Of a stretch of DNA of 64,000 bases, positions 1 through 13,479 are shown piece by piece. This DNA comes from Octopus vulgaris (Eukaryota): the NCBI GenBank assembly GCA_951406725.2, contig OX597823.1, positions 2,418,001 through 2,482,000 on the forward strand, in the 5' to 3' direction. The notes beneath the pieces are model-generated. The model did no database searches, was not told the DNA's origin, and saw only the letters and a program-made list of their open reading frames with translations. The number at the start of each line of letters is the position of its first letter. The first letter of the stretch is position 1. The translations under genes and the position numbers were made by a program.

Positions 1-467
1 GGCACTAGGGCGAGTCAGGTGGTACAGGTAATGATCACGTTCAGATAGTGCCTTTTACGTGTCACTGGCACTAGGGCGAGTCAGGTGGTACAGGTAATGG
101 TCACGTTCAGATAGTGCTTTTTACGTGCCACTGGCACTAGGGCGAGTCAGGTGGTACAGGTAATGGTCACGTTCAGATAGTGCTTTTTACGTGCCACTGG
201 CACTAGGGCGAGTCAGGTGGTACAGGTAATGGTCACGTTCAGATAGTGCTTTTTACGTGCCACTGGCACTAGGGCGAGTCAGGTGGTACAGGTAATGATC
301 ACGTTCAGATAGTGCCTTTTACATGTCACTGGCACTAGGGTGAGTCAGGTGGTACAGGTAATGGTCACGTTCAGATAGTGCTTTTTACGTGCCACTGGCA
401 CTAGGGCGAGTCAGGTGGTACAGGTAATGGTCACGTTCAGATAGTGCCTTTTACGTGTCACTGGCAC
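1..467. repeat. 66-bp tandem repeat, 7 near-identical units, derived from an RTE LINE 3' UTR
   Basis: Units start at 1, 67, 133, 199, 265, 331 and 397. The reverse complement of the unit matches 8871-8945 in the RTE 3' UTR. No spacers. Confidence 0.9.
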
Positions 468-1007
468 ATCTCAACATCATTCACATGTGCCTGACTCGGG
501 CTCAGAAGTTACAGCCTGAGTTGTTATCAATAATTGTAAAAATTAAAAGTAATTCAAACTCAATGTTTTCTTGAAACCAAAAATTTCTATAGAGATTAGG
601 ATTTAAATTCCAATCTATGAAAAGTTTCCGGTCTACAATACTCTTAAAGGAACGAAAAATTACCCAGCAACTCGGACTAATTCGAATGGGCCTGGTAGGT
701 GTAAGAGACTAACTGGCATCTCTTGTCAAGAGTACAGGTGACAGATCACTGATGTTTGTTGTACAATCCGCTATCGTTATTTGATTGCTGTTATTCTGTC
801 CGTCTGTGTGTAAAGATCAGTTGTGTTTTGCAGGGTTGCTTTATTTTTATTCCCAACTTAGAAATGGAGAAAGATATAGAATCAGATATAAGAGTTAAGC
901 CATTTGGGGCTAGAAATATTGCGGAAAAACGTGAAATTCTTCGAGCAGGCATATGTCTTATGCGAAATCTGTGATGAGCCTGAGTGATGCTGATGACCTG
1001 GAGTCGC

Positions 1008-1073
<66 letters not shown>

Positions 1074-3182
1074 TAATCCTATAGAGTCGGAAATTACACA
1101 CACACACACTACATATTTGTACATACACGCTACGCATGTGTATATAAACATATATACTCACAGGTCCCCACACCTAATTGACTAATGCAACCAGTTTAAT
1201 ATTAATACACAATTTCATTATATATTTATGCAGTGTAATGAAGCCTTAGGTTTTCATACATTTCCAAACAATCGAACGATACATAATAAACCCACTCAAA
1301 ATCCAGGACACACGGCCAGGTTAACAGATCATTCAGCAGCTGGGGGTGGCGAGAAACACAACTGTTGCACTTGGTAGAGCAATGCCTGTTCCATTCATAT
1401 GTGCGTGTGCATGTGTGCAACACACACATATATATATTATACACACACACACATATACACGTACACATACATAGATATTTACTGGATCTGAAGGGAAATA
1501 ATATAGAAACGTGGCCACCAGGATTCTGGGGCGAAGGAGTGAGAAGGGAGAAAAAGAAAGAAAGAGAAGTGAATGGAAACATCGTTAATTCACTGCAATA
1601 AATGGCTTTATTATAGCTGAATGAACATAGAGTTGCGTGTGTGTGTGTGTGTGAATGTGTGTGTGTGGGCGTGAGACGTGTGTTTGAAAGAGTTGTAAGT
1701 GGAAATAGGACATTGCGTGTGTCTTGTCGAATGAAGGATATAAATGCGTTGCGTCTGTGTGGGAGGAGGAGGAGGAGACGGTAGGAAAATGTTGAGGAAA
1801 TTCAACAACGTTGACAATCTTTGCTCAACTTTCCGTCCTCACTCGCACGGGGGAATAAAACTAGCCCCTCCGTATATTGAATATCAACAAAATCGTGTGT
1901 GTGTGTGTACAAAGTGTTGTAGCAGTCGCCCTCCCATAGAGCAAATGTAAAAAAAGAAATAATTATATATAAAATCAATTTACTGCTTATGACTAGGTCG
2001 AGTCTTTCTAATTTAACAGTATTGACTATATAGATATAAACACACACATATACACATAAAGTGTGTGTGTGTGCGTGAGTGTGTACCGTATATGTAAACG
2101 GTAGCAATTGTGTCTGGGAGAAAAGCAATAAAGTAAAGCTACCAATTTTAACATCAGAGGCTAATAATGTGGGTGGAACAATCCAGACGAAGGGAAACTG
2201 AGGAGGAAAGTAAAACAAAATAATTGACGTAAATAAAAAAAAGTTCTTAAACGAGACGTGTAACGAAATGCATATACTCGTGTAAGACTGCCAGGTGGAA
2301 AATCTGAAACAAGGGTCAATAAATATAAAATCTGGGCCTTAATATTAGATACAAGAACAACCGACGAACCCTCTCCGCTGTGCTCGATCTACTAGAAATA
2401 GCTGTTAAAATGTCCCTCAAATTAAACCCTACCTTTAAAAAAATTATATATTAGATAATGTATCCTAGATGTATATTTCCTGGGAAGGGGGACGGAGTGA
2501 TGGCTTGGGTGTTTCTGCTAATGTTTGCTTCATCAAGGGGCGAAGGTGTTGAGGTGTTTTAAATACTGAACATGAAGAATGTTAAGACATCTGCAACGGG
2601 ATGTCCAAGGAACTGGCACAGAACACACACGCACAGGGTGGAGAGGCCTAATGTAGTACGTCGGAGTACGCAATGTCAGGATGGCCACAGCTGGAGCGCT
2701 ATCGATTAAAGCTGACCCAGTTAAACAACAAGTGTATGCGCAACACCAGAGGAGGAGGACGACCGCAATATTTGAGGCAGAGAATGTTTAAAAGACTACA
2801 GTCCTCCGAGAGCAAACTTTATACCATAAAAACAGAAAATTTGTCCCACTGAGAGCCCCCCCCCTCCACCTCCAATACACTGTATACTAACAGCAAATAT
2901 TTCTATGTGAGTGTGTGTGTGTGTATGTATGTATGTATGTATATAATGTTTATGTGGGTATAAAGATTCAATGCTATGAGTATGGAAATTCTTAATTAGA
3001 AATACTTGGGTTGTTTACTTGTGAATATATGTGCGTTTATTGAGAAATGCAACACAAAAATGAGAAAAGACTTCAAACAAAACGAAAACAATTTCTTCCT
3101 GAAAGACTAAGTCGACATATGTTGGAATAACAGGGAAAATGGTGTGGTGCCCATGGCTTTCTCAAGAATATTTAGTAGAATA

Positions 3183-3520
3183 AGGTGCAGGCGTGGCTGT
3201 GCGGTAAGAAGACTGCTTCCCACCACATGGTTCTAGGTTCAGTCCCACTGTGTGGCACCTTGGGCAAGTGTCTTCTACTATAGCTTCGGGCCGACTAAAG
3301 CCTTGTGAGTGGATTTGGTAAACGGAGACTGAAAGAAGCGTGTCCATCGCCGCTTGACAACCGGTGCTGATGTGTTTACGTCCTCATGACTTAGCAGTTC
3401 GACAAAATAGGTTAGAACAAGTACTAGGTTTTAAAGTCCTAGAGTCGATTTGTTCGACTAAAACCCTTCACGGCAGTGCTCCAGCATGGCCGCAGTCAAC
3501 TGACTGAAACAAGCAAAATA
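3183..3520 (+). mobile_element. tRNA-headed SINE, family A
   Basis: Head ggtgcaggcgtggctgtgcggtaag with a B-box-like ggttcagtccc; tail gtgctccagcatggccgcagtcaactgactgaaac; homologous to 23088-23497. Confidence 0.85.
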
Positions 3521-3861
3521 ATAATTGGTCGTTTACTTTCTGTTACATTGGTTCCAGCCAGAAATACCATCAGACTGAATATAGAAATCAAGTTGTGCCA
3601 ACGAGAGAGCCTCGACGTGGTCGTTTGATCCGTTGGAAATAGCAGACACACCTCCCTTAGATTACATCCTACAGTCTTTAAAGAAAAAAACACACAGGAC
3701 TAGGTAGTCCTAAATATACAAAATTACGGTATGGTCACGGCTAGAACGTTTTTGCTGGACCAGGTACAACTTGGGATTAAATTAAAAAAGCTTAATTTTT
3801 GCCCTGAACTCTGTACCAACCAACCCCACACGACATTTATATAAAAATGCTTTTGAAGGAA

Positions 3862-4060
3862 ATTTAGGCACAAAGCCAGCAATTTCGGGGTAGAGCGTAA
3901 GTCAATTACATTGATCCCAGTGCTCAAATTGTACTTATTGGTATCGATCTCGAAAGATTGGGAGGCAAAGTTGACCTCGGCAGATTCTGAAGTCAAAACT
4001 CAGAAGACGGACGAAATGCCGCCAAGCATTTTGCCTGACGTCCTTAACCATTCTGCCAGC
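3862..4060 (-). mobile_element. tRNA-headed SINE, family B (diverged)
   Basis: Matches the reverse complement of the family-B copies at 13957 and 32820. Confidence 0.75.
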
Positions 4061-5741
4061 ACGCTGCTCTGCAATGGTGTTACGATGCTAACAGGAATGT
4101 TGACCCTAATGTTTGACAATCCCAGAATTCCACAAATAGAGGACGGTGGTAAATAAAGCACAATTTCTAACACTACAACCACTTGAATTGAAACGATTAA
4201 GACATTTTAAACCTTAAAACTTGCAGTTATTGAAGAAATCCAATTAACAGACCTTAGGCACTTTTATTTCTTTTTAAAAGACTGACACCCAGGAAAGAGG
4301 TCAACTGTTGTGTAAGAGTCAGTGAAAATTAGATCGAGTTTGAATTACGTAAAAAGGAAAGTGTTCTTGCAAGGTGGCCTTGCGGCGATTTCAGACACAA
4401 AGGTAACTAGAAGCGACAGGAAGGGCTGTGTTGAAGGGAGAGAGGGTAAATCAGAGAGTCTGTTACAGAAGTTGTTATTGAAAGAATGCATAATATTCTA
4501 AATAATAAGACTGGGGTGTCTGAGTGAGGAAGGGCTGTTCCAAGAAGTTGGGTGTAACTGCTAAACTCGCTAAGCACGTATTCCTCGTCAGGTCTTGACC
4601 CAGGTCAAAAGTTCTGTAATCTCTCACAACTGACAAGTTTTCTCACTGTTAAGTCATCTGTGTAGTTTTCAGATTCGTTAATATTGTGGCCATGCAGTTA
4701 TTCAGGAAGTCAGAAGTGAGAATGTAAAAAGCTACCACTCCAATATGGTTGGTTATTTCTAGTAGCTCGGCTTCCTGAATGTTTGTTCTCTCTTTACCAG
4801 CGAAAGGACTGTGGTGTTTAATTAAAGGGATCAAATTACATGTTGTGGACAGAAGAGGGACAGAAATTCTGCTGATAAAAATAATTTCGATCAAGCCTGG
4901 ACTAATAATTCTATAACACTAAGGAAATAGACTTAAATCAATATACACCAGTATCTTACTGGTACCTCTTATGGTAAAACTTGGATAAACGAAAACCCTT
5001 TCCCGTGTATAATTCGAAACAAACAAGAAAACAAATATGCAACCAGAAGGATTGAGCTGCTAGAAATAGCAGCCGATTTTCCCTCGAATTACAATCTGCC
5101 ATTAAAAAAAAGGTGATGGGAGGGCACGTTGGATGCTGCAATCCTGGTTACGTTATATGAGAAAAAAGATGAAATGGTCACAGCTGGAACGTCTTTCAAC
5201 ACAGATCTACAAATGAGAGGGGTGATCAACACTTCAACTGCTACTACTGCCAGACACAGATGCAGAGAGAGAGACTGAGGCAAATGATAAGAAAAATAAA
5301 TGAGAGAGAGATGGGGATGAAGAAGGACGGATAGATGTGAACATCAACATGGACACAGAGATGACCATAACATACATGCATGCATCTACAAAGATAAACA
5401 AACATGCACACATACATACATCCTGCATACGTGTATATATAACATATATACACACACATGTAAGAGATGTGGTTGTTGATAGGATATGTACAGAGAGTCC
5501 GACAAAGACGAAAAGATATACAGCAAGGATATATAGAACGAGAGATATGGTAAGATACATAGGATGTTAGGAGACAAATAATTATAGGCTGGCGAGATAC
5601 ATTCATAATAATTAGGCAAGACAGACAGATAGACATACCCGAAATTCCATCCATAAACAAAATAAATTTTTTAAAAAGCTACCACCTAATATTTTCCTTC
5701 AGACTTAAATATTATTGCAGACGGACTTTTGTGCATGTATG

Positions 5742-5783
<42 letters not shown>

Positions 5784-6663
5784 CATATTAGAGGGAAACC
5801 ACAATGTGGACACCCTTCTGCTAGAAATAGACCCGCCATGGTCTTACCACTAAGAAATGTTCTCAAGAAAAATTTAGCAAAACAACCAAAACGTATTGAG
5901 CAAAACAAAAGAAAAAGCAATAAAAATATGGATTATATATATAGCAAGTGAAGTGCGTGTGTGTATATGAGGTCGCGCGCTCAATGTGGCCGAGGTTGTT
6001 TAATTGAGGTAAAGCCAAACCAAATAAACATCGGAATGCTGTCAGATTACTGACTACAGGTGAACTACTTACCAATGCCTATGGTACTGCTGTTGTTGTT
6101 CCTCTATGTTATGCTTGTTGTAGTTGTTGTTGTTGCCAGTATTAACCACTTGTTCCGACAATGCTAACAACGTTTGGTGAAGAACGGATACCAAACGGAA
6201 CCGGAAATACCACAATGTTTTCGCTCTCTAGTCACGAAAAAACAACTTTTTTATTACTGGGAAGCGCCATGTTGAAATGTTGAGTGTTTTCTCAAGGAGC
6301 AAAAAAAAATAAATAACGGGCAAATACCATTCGGTCGATATATATATTTATGTGTGTGCATAGCCATAATTATGTCTCTATATTTCTTTATGCGTGTAAA
6401 TATATATTTACACATTTTTATCTATATATAGCCATAATTCTCTCTCCAAATAGATAGATAGGCTTATAGACAGACAGACAGACAGATAGATAGATAGATA
6501 GACAGACAGATAGATAAACAGACAGATAGATAGACTGATAGATAGATAGACAGACAGATAGATAGATAGAAAGATAAAGAGAGAGAGAGAGAATGAGAGA
6601 CAGACAGACTGATAGATATGTGTGTAAATAAACATGAATTCCCCTTATAATAATGTTTATTAT

Positions 6664-7035
6664 TATGAGGATCAGCTGAAATGTTCATAGGCTGAGAAAG
6701 ACAATCTCATGGAATGTGACCAAAGTTCATTTTTTAACGTCTTTCCTCTTACTGGCGAAACGATGTTAAACACACTTCCATTAGTAGTTGCAGTGCTTGG
6801 ATTGCACTGGTGAAGAAGCTATTCTGTTGGTCAAAATGGTCATCAACAGCGGATAAGACGTCATCATCACAGTGATGCTGGTGCCCAGCTGAGTGTTTTT
6901 CTTTGTTGGGAAACAAATGATAACCAGATGGAACCAAATCACTGACATAAGGAGGCGAGATCAACCAGTTCAAAGCGAATCATGCACAGCAGCCATTGAA
7001 ACCAAGGACTTGAGTGCTGAAGCATTGTCTGAATG
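6664..7035 (-). mobile_element. mariner transposase C-terminal remnant with terminal repeat
   Basis: PPYVSDLVPSGYHLFPN...DDVLSAVDDHF resembles the mariner YSPDLAPSDYHLF motif; homologous copy at 32426-32780. Confidence 0.8.
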
Positions 7036-7570
7036 AAATCCCATTCTTCCTCCCAAAATGCAAGGTGACGCACTTTGTCCACAGCTAGCTTGAGGTGCCA
7101 GTCAGAGATCCAGTGCTGCATTGTATCCAGGTCTGATTGCAGGAAAGATCTATAGCACATAGGATCTGTTCTTTTTATTTCGAGGTACAGCTTGATGTCA
7201 TCTGCATATTTCAGCACTGTAACATTTCCCAAATTGGCATCCATATCATTAATATATGCAACAAACAGTAGGGGTCCTAGAACGGATCTCTGTAATACAC
7301 CAGAAGTAATCCTGGAGGGTGAAGAATGATGTTCTAGAACTGTAACTGCCTCTTTCCAACCGAGAATGAAAGACTTCAGCCAATTATAGAGATCATCCTT
7401 TACACCCATTGCAGAGAGTTTTACCATGAGTCGTTTGTGTGTCACAGAGTTGAGGGCTTTAGCAAAATCATGGTAGACAGCATCCACCCGTGAGCCACCA
7501 TCAGTAACTCGGTGATGACCTCAAGAAACTTGATAAGTTGACTACAGCAGTTGGAGTTGGGGATAAAACC
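7036..7570 (-). mobile_element. CR1/L2-like LINE reverse transcriptase fragment
   Basis: ORF 6939..7487 contains DAVYHDFAKALNSV, SGVLQRSVLGPLLFVAYINDM and YADD. Confidence 0.9.
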
Positions 7571-7579
7571 AAATTATGA

Positions 7580-9105
7580 GAGTTGAATAAGATTGTGAGA
7601 GCCCCAAAAGTTCCAGAGTGTTTCTCTGACACAGGACTCCATCCCTGGTTAACTGTATGATGCATGTGTATCAGAACTAGAAAAGTTTCAAGTGTGGAAC
7701 AAGGATTAGAATCAGAAGGCCTTAGAGTCAACCTAGCTAAAACCAAAGTCCTAACATGTAGGAAGACAGGCAAACCACAAATCCCTTCAGATTGATGGCC
7801 TTGCTCAATCTGTAGTAGAGGTGTAGGTAGAAACTCTATAAGATGTACCTAGTGTAAGCTATGGACACATAGGTGCAGCAATATCAAAGGAAGGCTAACT
7901 GGGAAGATAGTTTTTGTATGTGGCAGATGCTCAGGAGCAATAAACACTGAAAATGTGCAGAGAACAACTTCCGCCACATTCCAGGGAGAAAAACTAGAAG
8001 TAGTTGATAGCTTCTGTTACCTAGGTGACCAAATCTGTAGTGGGGGAGGGTGCCCTGAAAGTGTAGCTGCTAGAATGAAAATAGCCTGGGCTAAGTTCAG
8101 ATAGCCCCTACCTCTGCTGGTGACAAAGGGCCTCTCACTCAGAGTAAAAGGTAGACTGTATGATGCATGTGTATGAACAGCCATGCTACATGGCAGTGAA
8201 ACATGGGCTGTGACTGCTGAGGACATGCATAAGCTCGCAAGGAATGAAGCCAGTATGATTCGATGGATGTGTAATGTCAATGTACATACTCAACAGAGTG
8301 TAAGTGCATTGAGAAAAAAGTTGGACATATGAAGCATCAGATGTGGTGTGCAAGAGAGACGACTGCGCTGGTATGGCCATGTGGCGAGAATGGATGTGGA
8401 TAGCTGTGTGAAAAAGTGCCACACCCAAGCAGTTGAGGGAACTTGTGGAAGAGGTAGACCTAGGAAGACCTGGGATGAAGTGGTGAAGCACGACCTTTGA
8501 ACATTGGGCCTCACCGAGGCAATGACTAGTGACCAAAGCCAAGTGAGACCATAACCATGTGGCCTATGCCAGGGGTGTAACCAGCCCACTTATGCGTACC
8601 TTTTCCTTCTATGGACACTAAACTCTGCTTGTGAAAACCTTTTGAGGAAATCGAAATCGATGACTGGCATCCGTGCTAGTAGAGCGCTAAGAGTACCATC
8701 CGAGCGTGATCGTTGCCAGAGCAACAAACTGACTTCCGGTGGCACGTAAAAAGCATTATTCAAGCGTGATTGTTACCTGCGTCACCTTACTGGCACTTGT
8801 GGTGGAGGCACATGAAAAATCATTCGAGCAAGGTCGTTGCCAGTGGCGCTGGACTGGCTCCTGTGCAGGTGGCACATAAAAAGCACCATTTGAGTGTGGC
8901 CGTTGCCAGTACCACCTGACTGGCCATCATACCAGTGGCACGTAAAAGCACCCAGTACACTCTCAGAGTGGTTGGCATTAGGAAGGGCATCCAGCTGTAG
9001 AAACTCTGCCAGATCAGATTGGATCCTGGTGCAGCCATCTGGTTTGCCAGACCGTAGCCAAATTGTCCAACCCATGCTAGCATGGAAAGCGGATGTTAAA
9101 CGATT
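7580..9105 (+). mobile_element. RTE-clade LINE, 5'-truncated and pseudogenised, with 3' UTR
   Basis: Plus-strand remnants GLRVNLAKTKVL, LEVVDSFCYLG, LHGSETW, RRLRWYGHVARM and RGRPRKTW with stops. The 3' UTR has internal 66-bp repeats and ends gcatggaaagcggatgttaaacgat. Confidence 0.88.
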
Positions 9106-9401
9106 TGTTTTTATTTTTATTTTTGCTTTCGTTTTTTGTATTTACATTTGTGTGGCTTCGTCCGTTTTTCTGTCCTTGTTGCGTTTACATTCGTTCCTTT
9201 TCCCAAGAAATCTAATGCTCACAGCTTAGTGTTTCCTTGGGGCTGGCCGCGTTGGAGCAAATATCAGAATTAATCAGCCGAAATTTGCTATGATGATCCG
9301 GTTTCTGACTGAAGATTAAAGGCTTCGAATGACCCGTCTGTTTTCTGTGTTCGTCTCTTTGTGTATTTCACGTTCTTGTTTCTTTATATATAATTTTTAT
9401 A

Positions 9402-9435
<34 letters not shown>

Positions 9436-9441
<6 letters not shown>

Positions 9442-9740
9442 GAAATGAGGTAATCAGAAGATCGGATGGTTCATGTTTATAGATATTTATTTATATATTA
9501 CATTTTTTACATATATATATGTTAGTTAGTTAGTTATCAGATCATATCATTCAGATTATTAGCGCTTTCTCCCATTCTAGTGGGGTTTTCAAATCAAATT
9601 GATTTGAAAACCCCACTAGAATGGGAGAAAGCGCTAATAATCTGAATGATATGATATATATATATGTAAAAAATGTAATATATAAATAAATATCTGTAAA
9701 TATAAACCATCCGATCTTCTGATTACCTTATTTCTTCTAA
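9436..9740. repeat. About 305-bp fold-back palindrome inside (TA)n
   Basis: Perfect 57-bp arms at 9541-9597 and 9599-9655 with a 1-nt spacer; outer arms near-perfect out to 9436 and 9740. Confidence 0.92.
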
Positions 9741-9775
9741 TATATAATACCTGTACATCATCTCCAAACCTTCCA

Positions 9776-9819
<44 letters not shown>

Positions 9820-10724
9820 ATATGTATATGTATACATACACATAGGCACACAGTGAAACAGATAGATTGATTAAAATATTGCACAGAAGTTAGCAATTTG
9901 AAAAATCCCATGCAGCAGGTGGAGGAGGATGGGGGTCGTTCCAGAGGCAGCAGCATCAGAGGTGTGTGTTTTGGCATTGGCTGCTGCTGCTTGTGCAAAC
10001 TGCTTATTTTGTCCCAGGTAAATTGCAGCTACTGCATGTGCATAGTCTCTTGCATTGAGAAAACTGGCATATTTTGAGGTGTCATGCATTTATAGATTTT
10101 AGTTTATGAAGAATGTGGATAGCTGGACAGTGAAGGGCTTTTCATTGCAGAGTTTAAGAGGTCATCAATTGTGCTAGTTTTGAGGAGTGACCGTTACTGT
10201 TGGTCATACTGTTGCTATTCATATATACTTTAAAGTAGTTGAAGATGCTTTAGTTTGGTAGTATATCCTTCTAGAGAATCCCCTTGGGAATTCTATGACC
10301 AACTTCACCAGTTGACATTTTAGACTTTTCATTGATTTATCTTTGAGAAGGAACCTAACTTCAAGCAGCTTTCTTCAGATCAATTTTTAGACACTATTTT
10401 CTAGACCTGGCAAAGTATGTAGGAGGTGCACTTGCACTGCCTGCACCCCCTGTTCCTGGGCAAGGATACTAAAGGAATCCTTCAACCCAGGGAACATCCT
10501 TAACTCCAGAACAGAGGTCTTCAGATCACGCTTGCACTTAAAGTGATTCCTACTGGTCTGCTGGGACCCACACATTAACAGGGGTTATTTACAATTGACA
10601 ACCAAAGGGAGACAATCCCCTGTTGTTGACAGCAACAAAGACTTTTCCTCCTCCATTTTCTAGAAAAGCATTTGTTGACCAAGAGAAAGCCTTCGACAGA
10701 ATCCCTGATTCTGTGATATGGTTG

Positions 10725-11010
10725 AAGTCGTCGTCATCATCATCACCATCATTGCTTAATGTCCACCTTCCATGCATGCATGGGTAGGACAGTTGACAGG
10801 AGCTGGCCAGTAAAAGACTACCCTAGGCTTTGGTCTCTGTTTTGACAGGGATTTTATGGTTGAATGCCCTTCCTATCACCAACCACTCAGCAGAATGGAC
10901 TTAATGCTTTTTACGTGGCACTAGCACGGGTGAGGTTAGTTTTGGCCTGATTTTGACAGCTGGATGCCCTTCCAAATGCCAACCACTATACAGTGTGGAC
11001 TGGATGCTCT
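10725..11010 (-). mobile_element. RTE LINE 3'-end fragment with (GAT)n-type tail
   Basis: Reverse-complement homolog of 8940-9105 (ggatgcccttcc..gccaaccact; ttccatgcatgcatggg), preceded by (cat)n. Confidence 0.7.
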
Positions 11011-11789
11011 TAAAGTTGGCAGCAGCATTAGCAGGGTCACCAAGTAACTTACAAGACAAGGAATTATGAGAGGGGCACGGGCATTTGAGGAGGGGAACTT
11101 GTGTCAGAGGAGGAAAGGTTAGAGTGTGACAAACAGACAGACAGAAGCAGGTGTCTTTCCACAACAGAGGGAGCATTAAAGGAGATGTTCTAGTGTCAGA
11201 TGATGAAAGGTTAGAATATAACAGGGAAACAGAGAGGCAGAAATAGGGGTCTTGCTATAGAGGAGGTACATAAATATACAGTGAGAGAGAGAGAGAGAAA
11301 AAAGAAGAGTGAGAGAGAGAGATATAGAGTGAGAGAGAGGTACAAGAAAGAGGCCAGAAACGAGTGTGCTGAATGTAAAGGAGATACTTAGTTGCCTAGT
11401 GAGTGGAAAGACAAGAGAAGGCGAGAGAGAGAGAGAGAGAGAGAGTGTGTGTGTGACCAAAGGGAAATAGAGAGAGAGAGTAGGAAATAACAAAAGTGTA
11501 AGAGAGAGCAGAAGAGAGAGAGAGTGTAGTGCTAAGGTATACTCACAAGTAACAAGAATATGAGCGTAAAACCTAGTTAAAAAAATAGGGAATGGGGGTA
11601 GTGGTGGGTAGAGGGGGACGGGTTGCAGTGAGCAGGGCAGTGAGGACCAAGAAAGGGGATTGGGAAACCGTTATAATGTATGTGGGGGAAATGTAAAGAA
11701 GAGAAAGATGCAGTTAGAAGAGGAGGAGAAGGGTAGAGTGGGTGGGACGTAACTCTTCTAGCTCTCAGTTTCATGGTAGTCTCTGGGGA

Positions 11790-12790
11790 AATTAAGGGTA
11801 GACAAACAGCTTGTGAAAATAATAGAAACCATGTACAGGGGTGTTGTCAATAGAGTGAGAGTTAGCCCTACTGCCCAGGGGTGAGTTTTGAATACAAGTA
11901 GACATTCACCAGGGATCAGTTCCCTGGCCTCTCTTTTTCATCATTGTTCTCCCAGCCATATTAAAGGAATAAAGATGCCCTTGAAAAGTGTCATCTGCAG
12001 ATTACCTCATTCTCAAAGTAGAATCGATAATAGAATCAGGAAAGGAATTTCAGATGTGAAAGCATAGCAGGAGTTAAAAGGCCTTAACTTAGCAAAGTTC
12101 TGGTAAGCAAGAAAACAGACAGGACTCACACCCAACCTCAGGTAAATAACCCTGGCTATTTACCTGAAAGTAGGTAGGGTGAAGGCAGAAATTGCATACA
12201 GTGTATCCAGTGCAAACTATGGACACACATGAAGTACTGTGGAATCATGGAAAGGTTAAGAGAGAAGTTAGTGTTTGTGGATGATGTGCTGGAGCAATGA
12301 GACACATGGGAAATAGATTTTCTCAAATGCCCTGAAGGCTCCCTAGAGGTAGTAGAAAGTTTTAATTAGCTAAGTAACCTAATTAGCAGTGGAGGTGGAT
12401 GTTTTCAAAGTATTGTTTCCTGTGCAGGAATCTCAATGCTACATGGTAGTGAGATGTGGGCCATGAATGCAGAGGACATAGAAAAACTAGAGGAGAATGA
12501 AGCTAGTATGCCCCACTGGATCTGCAATCTTAGAGCAACAATGTGTTGAGAGAAAAGTTAGGCACACATGGAATTAAATGTACAAGAGAGACGAATGCAC
12601 TGGTTTGATGCATACAGACGAGGACAGGTGTATGTAGAAGTTCTTGTGACTTAAAGTGAATGGAACTTGTAGAAGAGGGAAACTCAGGTAGACATGGGAT
12701 GAAGGTGGCTCTCGAAGCACTGAGTCTCATGTAGAAGATGACAAAGGCTCAGAATGATTGGTGATTTACTGTGCTCAAGAAGACTCAAGC
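11790..12790 (+). mobile_element. Highly decayed RTE LINE RT/C-terminal region
   Basis: Degenerate counterparts of 7700-8540 (HQGSV...PLLF, LHGSEMW, ENEASM) with many stops and frameshifts. Confidence 0.65.
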
Positions 12791-13479
12791 ACCATGGCTA
12801 AAATGAAGACAGAGATGCAATAACGGTCGATGGAATAGATTCCTGCAGAGTTAGGGGTTTTAGGTTGTGTAATTTTGATATCAGCACTTAAAGGTGACTC
12901 TTTAATATTAGCTTGAATAGCAACTAATCCCAGGAGCAATAGCAAAGTCCTTACATTCTTCAGTAGACACAAAACCTAATTCACTTTCATCTTTAACCGA
13001 TTTTCATAGAATACTGAAAGGCGTCCCCAGTGATTGTCAAATCAGATATTTTTGATGCTTTCATTGCTGATTCAGTCATAGTTTGTAATAAACAAATTTC
13101 CTTTATGTATTCATGCTTGATCCCTAGTATTGTCTGCACATTGATATATAGTGGAAAGGCAAGGAATTTGGGGGATTTGGTTGTTGTCCAAATGTTTGTG
13201 TTGGGTGGAATGAAGTAAATAATAGGCACCGTTTAGAACCCATTAGTTTGTAGTGGGTGTCAGTTTCATTGTTCATGTCATTCTTTATAATCAAAATGTC
13301 TGGGAGAGGGAATTGGTTTTGCCTATAATTTATTGTGAAGTGAATAATGTTATCAATGCTATTAAGAAGGGATTTGAAATCGTTGAGTTGACTGAAATTT
13401 TATGTCCCCAGATAGAGGCAGTCACCTGAGTAGCATTTCCAATTTTCTACAAGATATTTTTGTAAGTTGATATATCTTC

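Noticed and set aside
1-467. CRISPR-like regular repeat
   Set aside because: Contiguous 66-bp units with no unique spacers, homologous to a LINE 3' UTR, in a eukaryotic context.
935-982. Hammerhead-like gcata-tgtct-tatgc-GAAA hairpin
   Set aside because: No valid N3UGANN8A core, no NUH triplet and no stem I.
4180-4900. Possible decayed retroelement coding sequence (also 9860-10575 and 30875-31420)
   Set aside because: Only faint motif traces; too degraded to classify without a search.
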